Positions 10,122-22,322 of a DNA stretch of 64,000 nt are shown here, piece after piece. Both the position numbers and the translations under genes were made by a program. Each line of letters opens with the position of its first letter. The first letter of the stretch is position 1. The stretch lies in assembly GCA_963745235.1 (NCBI GenBank), contig CAVUXE010000099.1, positions 165,431 to 229,430 on the forward strand, read 5' to 3'. The DNA is from an uncultured Spirochaetota bacterium. GTDB lineage: Bacteria; Spirochaetota; Spirochaetia; SZUA-6; Fen-1364. Under the pieces are notes generated by a model. The model was not told the DNA's origin. It saw only the letters and a list, made by a program, of their open reading frames with translations, and ran no database searches.

Positions 10122-12347
10122 TTCGAAGCGACGCTCCTGGTCTGCACTATCTTCGGATACTCGATGCGGGTGTGGAAATAGCCCTCAAGGATGTGCACAA
10201 AGCTCTTCCTGATGGACTCCAGGTCCCGCAGGGTGAGACTTGAATCCCCGAGCTCTCCGGAGGAGAACTTTTCCATGATCATGTCCTGGACGAGGCTCTC
10301 CAGCCGCGCTTCCGTGGGCCTCTTCAACGTTCGGGAGGCCGCTTCCACGCCGTCCGCAAGCATCAGCACGGCTGCCTCTCTGGTCTTGGGCCTCACCCCG
10401 GGATACGTGTAGTCGTCCCGCGAGATCCGGGGATTTTTCCCCTCCTTGACGGCCCGGTTGTAGAAAAAGGTGATCAGCCCCCTGCCGTGATGCTGCGCAA
10501 TGATATCGACGATGGCCTGCGGGAGCTTCAGCTCTCGGGCCTTCTCGATCCCGATGCGCACGTGGCTCTTGATCACCGCGGCCGAGAGGCTCGGCTTCAT
10601 TTCGTCATGCCTGTTGTACGCTTTCTGGTTTTCGATGAAATAATCCGCCTGGTCCACCTTCCCGATGTCGTGGTAATACGCGCTCACGCGCGCCAGCAGG
10701 GAGTTCGCGCCTATTGCCTCGCAGGCGGTCTCCGCGAGGTTTGCGACGCTGATGGAGTGGGTGTAGGTTCCCGGCGCCTGGGAAAGCATCTTCTTGAAAA
10801 TCGGAGAATTGAGGTCCGACAGCTCCATCAGCTTGAACCGCGTCGGCGCGTTCAGGAGATACTCGAAGACGGGAAGAAACGCCAGGGTCAGAATGCTGGA
10901 CAGGAATCCGTTGGCCGCGCCCCAGACGACAAGAGGGAGGAGCCTGCCGGTTGCATCGTTGGCAAGCACGCCGAGCACGGTGAGAATGGCGGCTGACAGG
11001 ATGGAAAGCAGGAGACCCGCCCTGATGAGGTCCAGGCGGCGCTCCGCATCCAGGACCACCGCCGTGGCCGCGACTCCGCTGAGAAAAGCGAAGAGGAAGC
11101 CATGAACGCTCAGTCCTGTGAGCAGGAGCAGCGCGAGGGAAACGACCAGGGAGAAAAACACTCCGGCAGGTGTGGATACCAGGATGGCAATGAGCATGGA
11201 CATGGTGGCGGTGGGAATGGCCGCGGAGACCGGCACCCAATCCGGAAGCTCGACGAAGCGGGTGACCAGCGCGCTCACCACCAGGTGCGCCAGTCCCAGG
11301 CCCAGGAGGAGCAGCGCGCTGTTGCGGCGTATTGCGGGGCCTGCTCCCCGCATGCTGAGCAGGTACACGGCCAGGGACAATGTCGCGAGGAGGAACAGGA
11401 TGCTCCCGATGATCCCGTTCACATCCAGGGCTTTCGTATACGAGCTGAGCGCCTGGATCCTGAGCGCAATTGGCTCCGTGATGACATCTCCGCTCCTGAC
11501 CAGCACCTGGCCCCGCGCCAGTTTTTCCACCACCGGGTCCACGTTGGCACGGGCCGCGGCCCGTCTCTCGTGCGTCAGCTCCGCGTCGTAGAAGCAGTTG
11601 GCGGCCGCAAATGATCGAAGGAGCGCCAGGATGGCATGCTTTTCATCCGGGTTTCCCGCTTGCTCCCCGGCGCGAGCTTCCGCAAGGCTTGCGATGTTAT
11701 CCGGGGTCAGGACCTGGTCCAGCGGAACCTCCTCGGATTGAGCCAGGCCATCCTGCATGCGCCGCAGCTCAATGGCCCCCGCGGACATTGCCTCCTCACG
11801 ATACGGCGCCAGGTCCACGACCCCACGCGAAAGGACCACCTCGATCAGGCTGCGGGCGTCGTCCAGCAGCCGCGAGGAATCGCTGGAGCGCAGAAGCGCA
11901 AGGACGTCCCGGCTGATCCAGCCGGCCGGGGAAATCCGCCTGCACATTCTGGTAAATGATCGCCGGGGAAAGGGCTTCCGCCTGCCAGCGGGAAAAGGAT
12001 TGCACCAGTCTGTCGTAGGACAGGAGCGCGTCCCGCGTGACTGAGTCATTCAGGACGAAGACGGCGGGGACCAGCTTCTCCCGCGCATCCCGCTTGATCT
12101 CCGTGGCGCCGGCGTCCACATAGGGGAAGTCGCGCTCCACGACGTAGTCTCTCTGCGCCGGCGTGCCGACAGTGACGGCGGAGGAGTTATCGCTCCAGAA
12201 GAAGCTTCCCGACTGCGTCGCCGCAAGAACGACACCGACTGCCAGGATGAAGGTCACCACCACGGCGAGGGCGGTCCACTTCTCCCGGCCCAGGCGGCGG
12301 ACCAGGTCCCCGGCCCGGGCAGGCGCGAGACGACGATCACTCTTCAT
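10118..12347 (-). CDS. pgpH: 7TM-HD membrane phosphohydrolase (PgpH-like cyclic-di-AMP phosphodiesterase); frameshift near 11920
   Basis: N-terminal TM plus extracellular domain (11796..12347 frame), 7 TM, APGTYTHS...YYHDIGK...HHG...MLADGVEAASR; classic phoH-HD-ybeY synteny. Confidence 0.85.
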
Positions 12348-13305
12348 GTGCAGTTTCGTATGCGTGGACGATCTTCCGCACCAGCGGATTTCGTACGACG
12401 TCGCGCTCCTCGAAGAACGTGAAGCTGATCTCCCTGATGGTCTTCAGGATTGGTATCACGGTGAGGAGGCCGGAGTCGGACTTGCGCGGCAGGTCTATCT
12501 GGGTGATGTCACCTGTCACCACGGTGCGGGAGTTTTCCCCGATCCTGGTCAGGAACATCTTCATCTGTTCCCGCGTGGTGTTCTGCGCCTCATCCAGGAT
12601 GATGAACGCTTCCGACAGGGTCCGTCCCCTCATGTATGCCAGGGGAGCGATCTCAATGACCCCGTTCTCCTCCATGCGACGGAACGATTCCATGGGAATG
12701 AGAGACTCAATGGCGTCATACAGCGGGCGAAGGTAGGGATGAATCTTCTGGGTCAGGTCTCCCGGGCAGGAAGCCGAGGCTCTCCCCGGCTTCAACCACC
12801 GGGCGCGTGATGATCAGCTTGCGGCGCGACTGCCCGAGCACATGCTTGAGCGCCTGTGCCACGGCGAGGTAGGTCTTTCCTGTTCCCGCGGGGCCAACAC
12901 CGAAAATCAGCTCGTTCCTGTCGATTGCGTCGAGGTAGACCGCCTGGTTGTACGTCCGCGGGTACACCTTGCGGTGGCCGTTGGGGATGACCACGAGGTT
13001 CCGCTTCAGGAAGTCCGCCTTCTGGGACTCGCCGTTTGCCAGGGAGCTGTGCAGGGACCGGATGAGGTCCGGGCCGGGAGCTGGCCCAGCCGTACGTGCT
13101 CCTCGATGTGCTTGAGGAGGAGCTTGAAGGTCTTTTCTATTGCGTCATCCGACGTGTCGAGGAAAATCTCGTTGCCGCGGGAAAAAACCGGGACGCCCAG
13201 AAGCTCTTCGAGGACCTTGAGGTTGCTGTCGTTGGCTCCGCAGATTTCCGGCAGGATAGTCTCGTCGCTCACCACAACGGCCAGCGGCTTGTCCATTGAA
13301 CTCAC
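12337..13305 (-). CDS. phoH: PhoH family ATPase (split in three frames by apparent indels)
   Basis: ICGANDSNLK; GPAGTGKTYLA...TRPVVEAGESLGFLPG; APLAYMRGRTL...LDEAQN...GDITQIDLP. Confidence 0.92.
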
Positions 13306-13312
13306 TGCCTGT

Positions 13313-13342
13313 ATCGTAGTCGAATTTCTGGCCGCTCGTCAA
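13313..13342 (-). promoter_or_regulatory. Putative leaderless promoter for phoH
   Basis: TTGACG-18-TACGAT, then 7 nt to GTG 13305. Confidence 0.5.
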
Positions 13343-16300
13343 TTGAAAACGGTAACGCCCGTTGAGTCCCCCTGGACGGTGCTCTGCAGGAACGGCACGG
13401 CCAGCCACTTGACCTGGAACGTGAATGCGGGGGTCCACTGGATGGAGTTCGTGGTGGAGTTCAATTGCGGCGTGCCGGTGTACTCGAACGAAATGTCCCA
13501 GTCCCTCAGGTGGTGCACGAGCTTCACGGAAATGGAGCGTATCTTGAAGTTCGAGTCGTAGCGGTCCTGGACGTTGAAGAAGTTGAACGACTTGAGAAGG
13601 TCCGTCAACGGGTTCACGTTGTAGGGCGCAAAGTAAAGAAAGGTCTGGTTATTATACGAGACCGACGAAAAAGTGATGTCCAGAAACTTGTAGATGGAAA
13701 AATTGAGGTTGAACGTGAAGTCCAGCTCGTTGATCATCGGGGTCTGAAGGTTGATGTTGTACGAAGACTGCACGGAAGCGTCAATCTTGACCCTGTCCTT
13801 CCAGAACCACATGGGGTTGCTCCCGGTGTTGAGGCCGAGGTTCAACGTGGTGGGAATCAAAGGGGCGATGTCGGACGACGCCTGGGAAACGTACGATCCC
13901 GTGAGCCACCACAGCTTCCCCTGGAAGGTGGAGGTCTGCACCGCGGAGCTGGCGGCGAAGTACTGGAGGGCCTCGGAGAGCTCGATGTTTGGTCCGACAT
14001 CCAGGACGCTGGTCAGCACGAAGGGCTGGGGAGGACCGCTGGTTGGCAACGACCCCTGGGCCTGGACCTTGCCGGTAATGCTGGGTGTTCCCGCCTGCTC
14101 CATGGCGGTGTACAGAGAGCTTTGAGGCAGCACCTGGGCAGTCAGGCCAAGGTTGTTGGTGAACGCGCCCTCCTGGTACAACAGGGTGGAGAGCAGCGAG
14201 TTGTCCGAGACCGCGTCCGGCGAGCTGAAAGGCCCTTGCGAGGTGAGAGTTGGAGTGACCCCCATGTAGCTCAGCTGGTACAGGCGCAGCCCCAGGCGAT
14301 AGCCCAGCGTGGAGCCGGAGAGAGACGGGACGGTCAGCAGCGGCCGCACGGTGGTCTGCAAGGCCCCCTGGAGCGTCAAGCGGTCCTGCAGCAGGTCGCT
14401 TTGCAGCAGCCCCTGCCAGGGCTGGCTCAGATCGTTCAGCGCATTCTGATCGGGATTGAATCGCTGCCGATACTCACCATCGAAATTGAAGCTCGTCGAG
14501 ACGTCCGCCAGCCGATCCCAGAGGGACGCGGCAGCCGTGAGCTGACCCGACCCGCCCGTATCGAGGGTCTGGTACAGAATGCGGTAGTCGATGTTCTGCT
14601 GCGTGGTCCAGTTCGTGCTGTCAAACGTGTGCTGGAGAGTGGCGCGCGGCTGCAGCTGGTATGTCAGGTCAAGAGTGGAGCCCAGACCAGGCGCGCCCGC
14701 GTCGGTGTCCGGCCACAGGGAAGGCTCGTGGTACAGTGAACGCACGGGCTTTTTTTCCGGGGTGGTCTCCGGCTTAGGGGTGAGGGGGGTGCGAAGGCCC
14801 TTGCCCGGGATCTTTGACCTCTTGCTCCGCCGGCGGCTGCCCCCCCTGGGTGCCCGCGGCGCTTCCCTGGGCGCCCGCGGCGCTTGCTTGCGCGCCCGGC
14901 TGCCCAGGCGTTCCCGGCTTTGACTGGACTGTACCCGGCAACCCCTGCACCGGGCCTGGGGCAGACCCTTGCGGTGTCTGGCCCGGAACCTGGGTTGCAG
15001 CCGAACCCAATGAAGCGGGAGTTGCCGCTGATCCCGGGGAAGGCGTCGTCTGCGGCTGATTCGTGGTGGCCGAGGACGAAGCACCCACCCCTGTGCCGGT
15101 TCCCAGCTTCAGGATCTCCCCTGACACGGAGAAGGAGACGTTCGGAAACGTGATGCTCGAGGGATAGTAGAACGTGTGTCCGGGATCCGAGGCCAGGGGA
15201 TCAACCGACGCGCCGGGCACGTCCTTGCTTTGCCACGTCATGTTCATGTTGAGGGTCGGAAACGATATGGACTGGATGAGCGGAGACTTCACGACCTTCG
15301 TCAGATCCAGCTTGCTGACATAATCCCAGGACAGGTTCGGCTGCGTCGCAGTGGCAGCGGTCTGGACCGGGTTCTGCGTTGACTGCAGGACAGCTGAGAA
15401 ATTGAGGCCCTCACTCCGGTTGTAGAAGTCCGCAATGAATGTCGGGTCGGAGTAGTACGCGAACTTCCAGCTCATTGAATACATGTCCGAAGAAGTCTGG
15501 ATGCTTCCGTCCAACCCGAAGCGGAAAGGCAGCACGGTGCCGAGGATGGACGATGTATTCCAATACATGAGCCCGGTCTGGGAGTAGTAGGGAGTGTAGT
15601 ACTGCCCCGAGGAGTCTGAGAAAAGGAAGATGCTCCTGCTGAATCCCAGAGCCGCGCGGAAAGTGGCAAGGGGCGAGAAGTCCCCGCTCAGCCCGGTGAA
15701 GACTCCAAGCCGGGAGTATCCGTCAAGGAGGAGCTTCAGCGAGCCTTTGTCGGGAGGGGGGCTTTCGCCGGGGATCTTCCTCAGAAAAAGACCGCGAATC
15801 TCCTCCCGGAAAGCGCTGCCGCCGCCTGCCTCCGTCATCTGCAGGAAGGAGAACGGGTTGTCTTCCGTCTTCTTCCTTCCAATCAGGTACGTCGTTGTCT
15901 GAATGTACACGCCCGTCCTGTTGTCGTAGCCCGGGTTGGGGTGAAAAAAGAGCTCGTCACCAGGCCAGAAGAACGCGGGAATGTACAGAAGGGGGACTCT
16001 CCCCACCATCAAGACCGCGTTGTCCACGGCCCACTCGCTCGGCGCCAGGATCCAGACGTCGCTCGCCCTGATCTGCCAGAAGGGGTCCACCGGCTGGCTG
16101 GTTGTGAAGCTTCCATCCTGCAGAATGACCGTGTTGTTGGAAAGCCGGGAGATCGTGGTGCCCTCGAAGGTGTACGTCAGCTTCTGATCCGCCTGCGTCA
16201 CCTCTTTTGTCGTGCTGCCGTCATAGAAGACGCCTTCCGAGGAGTCCAGGTCGAAGGAGAAGCTGGTGCCCGTGTAGTTCTGCTTCTCTTTGTCCTTCGT

Positions 16301-16908
16301 GATGGTGTACGAGACATCTCCCTGGGCAGACATGGTGTGGCGGGTCTGGTTGTACGTTACACTGTCAGCCTTGACTTCCTGCACGGAGCCCTGGGTTTCA
16401 TCACGGATTTCTATGACGACGTCTCCGCGGAGCACCACGTACTTCTCATTCACGTCGGACAAGGTGAAGTACTGCGACTCTCGGGCGGATTTCACGGTGA
16501 CCACCCGTTTCCCGCGGATTGCCTCCAGGGGGAGCTTCACCTTGTAGTGCTCGGCGAGCCGGTTCTGCAGGTCTTTGCGGGAGCCGGAGTCGTCCAGCCC
16601 GAGGTTCCGGCACCACGCCACGAGCTCGTAGTAGCTTGCTGATCCGATGTCTGCGCCGAGTGTGCCCTCTTCAAGGCTCTCGGCCGTCGGGGGCGGAGAA
16701 GGACTGGCGGAGGCCGGCGGCTGGGGCGGCTGCGCGTTGGACGGGGGAACCGGCGAGGAGCGGGTGCCGCGGCGGAGCCGCTTCCCTGGGCGGCGGAGCC
16801 GCTTCCCTGGGCGGCGGAGCCGCTTCCCTGAGCGCCCCCTGCACTCGCCTGGGCGGCCGCGAAGCCGGGAAGGAGAACCAGGACAAGCGCAAGGGGCGCA
16901 ATCCTCAT
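13339..16908 (-). CDS. lptD: LPS-assembly protein LptD-like outer-membrane protein (spirochaete type), at least two apparent frameshifts
   Basis: ATG 16908 overlaps the uvrA stop; signal peptide; OstA-like N-domain ([11 protein letters not shown]...KADSVTYN...AQGDV); [18 protein letters not shown]...[13 protein letters not shown]; beta-barrel C-terminus [10 protein letters not shown]...[12 protein letters not shown]. Confidence 0.8.
16769..16831. repeat. Three tandem 21-bp repeats (GCGGCGGAGCCGCTTCCCTGG) encoding QGSGSAA in the LptD N-terminus
   Basis: Units start at 16769, 16790 and 16811. Confidence 0.9.
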
Positions 16909-19730
16909 TCTTTTTTCAGTGCGCGCTTGAGATACTTTCCCGTCCACGACCCGTCGGTGCGCGCAACCTGCTCGGGAGTTCCGCAGGCGATGATCTTTCC
17001 TCCTTCGTCTCCGCCTTCTGGCCCGAGGTCTATAACGTGGTCCGCGGAGGCAATGACGTCCAGGTTGTGTTCGATCAGGGCCACCGTGTTGCCGCTGTCT
17101 ACGAGGACCTGCAGCACCTCCATGAGCTTCTTCACGTCGGCGAAATGAAGTCCCGTCGTGGGCTCATCGAGAATATAGAATGTCCTGCCCGTGCTCTTTC
17201 GCGACAGCTCGAGGGACAGTTTCACCCTTTGCGCTTCCCCGCCGGAAAGAGTCAGGGCGGACTGCCCGAGGCTGACGTAGCCCAGCCCCACCTGCAGCAG
17301 GGTCTTCAGCTTCGGCTCCAGGGAGGGAATGTGCCGGAAAAATGCGTGCGCCTCCTCAACCGTCATCTCCAGGACCTCGTGGATGTTCTTCCCCTTGTAT
17401 CGCACATCCAGGGTTTCCCTGTTGTACCTGCGTCCCTTGCAGACGTCGCAGGTCACGTACACATCCGGGAGGAAGTGCATCTCGATACGGATGGTCCCCG
17501 CCCCCTGGCACTTTTCACAGCGACCGCCCCGAACGTTGAAGGAAAAGCGGCCGCTCTTGTAGCCCTTGGCCTTCGCCTCCGGGAGCTGTGCAAAGAGAGT
17601 CCTGATGGGTCCGAAAAGGTCGACGTACGTGGCGGGGTTCGAGCGGGGTGTGCGTCCGATCGGGCTCTGGTCAATGTTGATGACCTTGTCAATCTCTTCA
17701 ACACCGTCTATGGAATCGTAGCGTCCTTCCGGGAGCCGGGTTGTGCTCACCCGGTTTGAAAGGATGGGATACAGGAGGTCGGACAGCAGGGTGGACTTGC
17801 CGGAACCGGAGACGCCTGTGATCGCAATGAGCTTGCCGAGCGGGAACGACACCGTGATGTTTTTCAGGTTGTGCTCGCCCGCGCCCCCCAGCACGATCTC
17901 CTTCCCGCTGCCCTTCCTGCGCTCCCGGGGCCGGTCCATGGACAGCGTGCCGGCGAGGTACTGCCCGGTGAGAGAGTGCGGCGCGCGGATGACCTCGCTC
18001 ACGGTCCCCGCCGCCACCACGTGCCCGCCGTGAACGCCTGCCCCGGGGCCCAGGTCCACGATATAGTCGGCCGTGCGAAGGGTCTGCTCGTCATGCTCCA
18101 CGACAATCAGCGTGTTGCCGATGTCCCGCAGGTGCTTCAAGGTGTCAATGAGAAGGGCGTTGTCCCGCTGGTGCAGCCCGATCGTCGGCTCATCAAGGAT
18201 GTAGAGAACGCCCACAAGAGACGAGCCGATCTGTGTGGCAAGCCGGATGCGCTGGGCCTCCCCGCCGGACAACGTGGAAGCCTTGCGCTCCAGGGTGAGG
18301 TAGGAGAGCCCGACGTTTCGCAGGAAGGTGAGCCGGGAGTCGACTTCCTTGAGGATCTGGCGAGCGATCTTCTGAGCGGTGAGCGGGAGATCGAGCTTTT
18401 CGAAGAATGCGAGGGCCCCGGTTACGGACAGGCACGATACCTGGTGGATGTTCATACCCCCGACAGTTACGGCAAGGACTTCGGGCTTCAGGCGCGTGCC
18501 CCCGCAGGCGGCGCATTCCTTCTGCGACATGAAGCCCTCCATCCACTCCTTGACCTGCTCGGAGGTGGATTCGAGGTATCGCCTCTTCAAGTCATTCAGC
18601 ACTCCGCGAAATCCGGATTCGAACTCCCACTTCCCCCTGCCGTCCCTGCTCTGGTAGCGGAAGCCGATCTTTTCCCTGGTCCCGTGGAGAATCGCCTGCA
18701 GGACGGGCCGGGGGAGGTCCTTCAGGGGAGTGTCGAGTGAGAACTTGAAATGCCGCGCAAGGGATTCGAACTGGCTTCGATGCCAGTTCGCTTTCGGGTT
18801 GTACGGCGCGACTCCCCCTTCGTTGAAGGAGAGCCGCGGGTCCGGCATGACGAGATCCTGGTCGAACTCCAGCGTAACCCCCAGGCCCGAGCATTCGGCA
18901 CATGCGCCGAACGGGTTGTTGAAGGAGAAAAGACGCGGCTGCAGCTCCGGGATGCTGATGCCGCAGCTCGGGCAGGCGCTCTTCTGGGAATAGAGGATTT
19001 CCCTCTCGGTGTCCTTTTCCTTCACCAGCGCAATGACTGTCCCACCGGAGGTTTCAAGCGCGCCCTCAACCGACTCTGCAAGCCGCTTGCGCGCCTCCTG
19101 CGCGACTGTCAGCCTGTCAACGACAATCTCGATTGAGTGCTTCTTCTTGCGGTCAAGCGGTATGTCGCCGTCCAGCTGCAGGATCTCACCGTCCACTCGG
19201 ACGCGCACGTATCCCATGCGTCGGGCGTCATCAAGGAGCTTCTGGTGCTCGCCCTTCTTGGCGCCAACGATCGGCGCCAGGAGGACCAGCCGAGTTCCTT
19301 CCGGCAGCACAAGAAGGGAGTCGACCACCTGGTCAACGGACTGCTCCTGGATCTCCCGACCGCACTGGGGGCAGTGCGGGATCCCCACGCGCGCGAACAG
19401 CAGCCGGTAGTAGTCATAGATTTCCGTGACGGTTCCGACCGTCGAGCGCGGATTTCGATGGGTGGTTTTCTGCTCTATGGCAATTGCCGGCGAGAGGCCT
19501 TCTATCGAGTCAAGGTCAGGCTTGTCGAGCCTGCCGAGGAACTGGCGCGCATACGAGGAAAGGGATTCCACGTAGCGTCTCTGCCCCTCCGCGAAGATCG
19601 TGTCGAACGCCAGCGAGGACTTGCCGGACCCGCTGAGGCCCGAGATGACGACCAGCGAATCCCGCGGTAAGGTCAGGTCGATATTCTTGAGGTTGTGCTC
19701 CCGCGCGCCCCGTATCGTGATGGTCTTCAC
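16905..19730 (-). CDS. uvrA: Excinuclease ABC subunit A
   Basis: [23 protein letters not shown], two LSGGEAQR signatures, zinc fingers; 941 aa. Confidence 0.99.
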   Translation of the reverse strand: MKTITIRGAREHNLKNIDLTLPRDSLVVISGLSGSGKSSLAFDTIFAEGQRRYVESLSSYARQFLGRLDKPDLDSIEGLSPAIAIEQKTTHRNPRSTVGTVTEIYDYYRLLFARVGIPHCPQCGREIQEQSVDQVVDSLLVLPEGTRLVLLAPIVGAKKGEHQKLLDDARRMGYVRVRVDGEILQLDGDIPLDRKKKHSIEIVVDRLTVAQEARKRLAESVEGALETSGGTVIALVKEKDTEREILYSQKSACPSCGISIPELQPRLFSFNNPFGACAECSGLGVTLEFDQDLVMPDPRLSFNEGGVAPYNPKANWHRSQFESLARHFKFSLDTPLKDLPRPVLQAILHGTREKIGFRYQSRDGRGKWEFESGFRGVLNDLKRRYLESTSEQVKEWMEGFMSQKECAACGGTRLKPEVLAVTVGGMNIHQVSCLSVTGALAFFEKLDLPLTAQKIARQILKEVDSRLTFLRNVGLSYLTLERKASTLSGGEAQRIRLATQIGSSLVGVLYILDEPTIGLHQRDNALLIDTLKHLRDIGNTLIVVEHDEQTLRTADYIVDLGPGAGVHGGHVVAAGTVSEVIRAPHSLTGQYLAGTLSMDRPRERRKGSGKEIVLGGAGEHNLKNITVSFPLGKLIAITGVSGSGKSTLLSDLLYPILSNRVSTTRLPEGRYDSIDGVEEIDKVINIDQSPIGRTPRSNPATYVDLFGPIRTLFAQLPEAKAKGYKSGRFSFNVRGGRCEKCQGAGTIRIEMHFLPDVYVTCDVCKGRRYNRETLDVRYKGKNIHEVLEMTVEEAHAFFRHIPSLEPKLKTLLQVGLGYVSLGQSALTLSGGEAQRVKLSLELSRKSTGRTFYILDEPTTGLHFADVKKLMEVLQVLVDSGNTVALIEHNLDVIASADHVIDLGPEGGDEGGKIIACGTPEQVARTDGSWTGKYLKRALKKE

Positions 19731-19933
19731 TGCCGCGAATCTCCGCTTTCAGCCTCAGCAGTCTCACGCGCATCGCTTTTTCTCCTCTGGCGCCCCGGAG
19801 CCTGCGCCGGCGCGCGGTCGTGGCGTTTCGCGGAAGCAATGAAGAAAATGAGGGGCAGGAGGAGCATGAAAAAAAGACATGCCGCAATCAACTCCCATTC
19901 GCCGAGGGCGCGCATGAGGCTCCCGTTTTCCAT
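19727..19933 (-). CDS. Small single-pass membrane protein, coupled to uvrA
   Basis: Hydrophobic [20 protein letters not shown] plus basic tail; stop overlaps the uvrA GTG. Confidence 0.6.
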   Translation of the reverse strand: MENGSLMRALGEWELIAACLFFMLLLPLIFFIASAKRHDRAPAQAPGRQRRKSDARETAEAESGDSRQ

Positions 19934-19939
19934 CGCGCC

Positions 19940-19968
19940 ATACTAACGCGGCATGGTAGGCGTGGCAA
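19940..19968 (-). promoter_or_regulatory. Putative leaderless promoter for the small ORF-uvrA-lptD unit
   Basis: TTGCCA-17-TAGTAT, 6 nt upstream of ATG 19933. Confidence 0.55.
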
Positions 19969-19987
19969 GGCGGCCCGAATTCCGGGG

Positions 19988-22322
19988 CTATGACTTCAGC
20001 GTTACGATGGTCTTCCCGTAGCCGCCTTCCTCCGGCAAAGAGAACCTGAAATCCTCCACGGCCGGCATGCCGCGAAGGTAATCGTGAATGGCCCTTCGCA
20101 GTATCCCCTCTCCTTTGCCGTGAACGATGGCGAACTGATGAAGCCCGTGCGTCAGCGCGCTGTCCATCTGCTTCTCCACGAGCCGCATGGCTTCCTCCAG
20201 CCTCATGCCCCGCACATGCAGCTCCATGACCGGCGGTTCCATCGGCTCGGAGGGAGAGTAGCTCACACTCAGCGCCGGCGTGGCTGCGGCAGGGGCCGGG
20301 CCCACTTCACCGGGGAGAACGGAGAGGCGCAGGGTCTCCGTCTCCACAATCCAGCGCTTGCCCTTGTCCTTGCGGACCACCCTGCCTCTTCGCCCCGTGC
20401 GGCGAATGATGACATCCATCCCTGCGGTGATCTGGAACGATTCGGCGGGAGCAAGCGACTCGCTCTCCTGGGCGATCCTGTTCTCTTCCTGCTCTATCCT
20501 TTTCTGGATGCCTTCAAAGAGCTTTCCGGCGGCTGTGGATTCCCCGGTGCTCGGGACGTTCTCTCGAAGCTTCTCCCAATCCTTCCTGGACTGGGAAAGG
20601 AAATCACGCAGCTCCTTGAGGCCATGCCGGCGGAGCTCCAGCTCCTTCTGCCGGAGAGTGAGCTCTTTCAGGTCCGTGGTGCGCCTCTTCTCCCGAAGGT
20701 CATGCTCCCGGGCCCGCTGCTGTTCTTCTGCAATCGTGAGCTTCTGATGGCGCTCCGCGAGGCTCGACACCAGGCGGGAAATGTCCGTTCGCTCGTCATT
20801 CAGGTACGCGCGGGCATCCTCCAGGACGCCATCCGGCATCCCGTTGCGGCGGGCAATCTCCAGCGCGTGGCTTTCCCCCGGCACTCCCATGACGATGCTG
20901 AACGTGGGGGCAAAGCTCTCCCGGTCGAAGCCCATGGAAGCGTTCTGGGCGCCCCTGCGCGTCGCGCCGTAGTTCTTGAGGATGCCGTGGTGGGTGGTCG
21001 TTATCACGATGCAGCCGCTGTTGAGGAAAGCGTCAAGGAGAGCCATCGCCAGCGCAACTCCTTCCTCGGGGTCCGTGCCCGCCCCCAGCTCGTCCAGGAG
21101 AACCAGAGACCGCGGGCCGGCCGCGCGGACAATGCCGGCAATGTTCTTGACGTGCGCGGAAAACGTCGAAAGCGATTGCTCGATGGACTGCTCATCCCCG
21201 ATGTCGGCGTGGATCCCATCGAAGACGGGCAGCGTGGACCCCTCCCCGGCTGGGATCTCCATGCCGAACTGGTTCATGAGAGCCAGGATCCCCACCGTCT
21301 TCAGGGTGACGGTCTTCCCGCCGGTGTTCGGCCCCGTGACGATCAGGACCCGGGCATCCCCTCCGGCTTCGACGGAAACGGGAACCACCCTGCTTCCCAG
21401 GAGCGGGTGCCGGGCCTCCCTCAGGGAGAGCATGCCGTCTGATGGTTCCGCCCTGTGGCAGGAATGAAGGACGGCGTAGCGGGCACGGGCAAGAAAAACG
21501 TCAAGAAAGGCAACGTGCTCCATCAGCGTGTGGAGCAGGCCCGCGTTGCGCGAAACCTCGGCGGTCAGCTCACGGAGGATCCGGCGCACCTCCATCCTGT
21601 ACAGGTTCTCCTCCTGCACGATGGCGTTGTTCTTTTCGACCACTTCCAGGGGTTCCACGAAAACGGTGGAGCCGCTTGCCGACATCTCGTGCACGATTCC
21701 CTTCACGCGCCCCTTGTATTGCGTCTTGAGGGGAAGCACGACGCGCCCGTCTCTCTGCGTCGGCGTGGTGGTCTGCCAGTACGAGCGATACGTGGGATCC
21801 TCCAGCATGCCGCGCACCGCCCTGTCGGCCTCATCGCGGCTGCGCCGTGATGCGCTCTCGAATCGCCGCCAGGGCGGGGATCTGCCTTTCGCGCAGAAGC
21901 CCTTCGTGGTCCAGCATGTGAAAGATCGCGCGGGAAAGCGCCGAGAGATCCGGGATGGAGGCGGCGATGGGGGCGAGAACGCCTGCCTCCCCGACCTTGA
22001 GGATGTGCCGCCGGAGCTTCAAGCCGGAGAGGATGCAGCGCCCGATTGCGGCCAGCTCTTCCCCCTCGAGCTGGAGCCCTTCCTTCCCGAGCCGGGGCAG
22101 GACCTCCGAGACGTCCGGGAAGTCGAGGCCTGGCGGCTCTGATCCGTTTTCGAGCATCGACCGGAAGGCTCCGGCGAGCACGAGCCTTTCTGCAACGTCC
22201 TTTGCCGATGTCAGAACCTCCTGCCGGCGCAGGAGAGCCGTTCCCATGGGGCTGGCGCACAGGTCAGCCACTTCGGCAATGACCCTCGGGAACTCCAGGA
22301 GCGCGAGGGCATGTTCATCCAC
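19988..22322 (-). CDS. mutS2: MutS2 endonuclease with C-terminal Smr domain (frameshift near 21835)
   Basis: MDEHALALLEFPRV N-terminus, VTGPNTGGKT, IGDEQSIEQSLSTFS, LDELGAGTDP, HGKGEGILR...GGYGKT. Confidence 0.95.
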
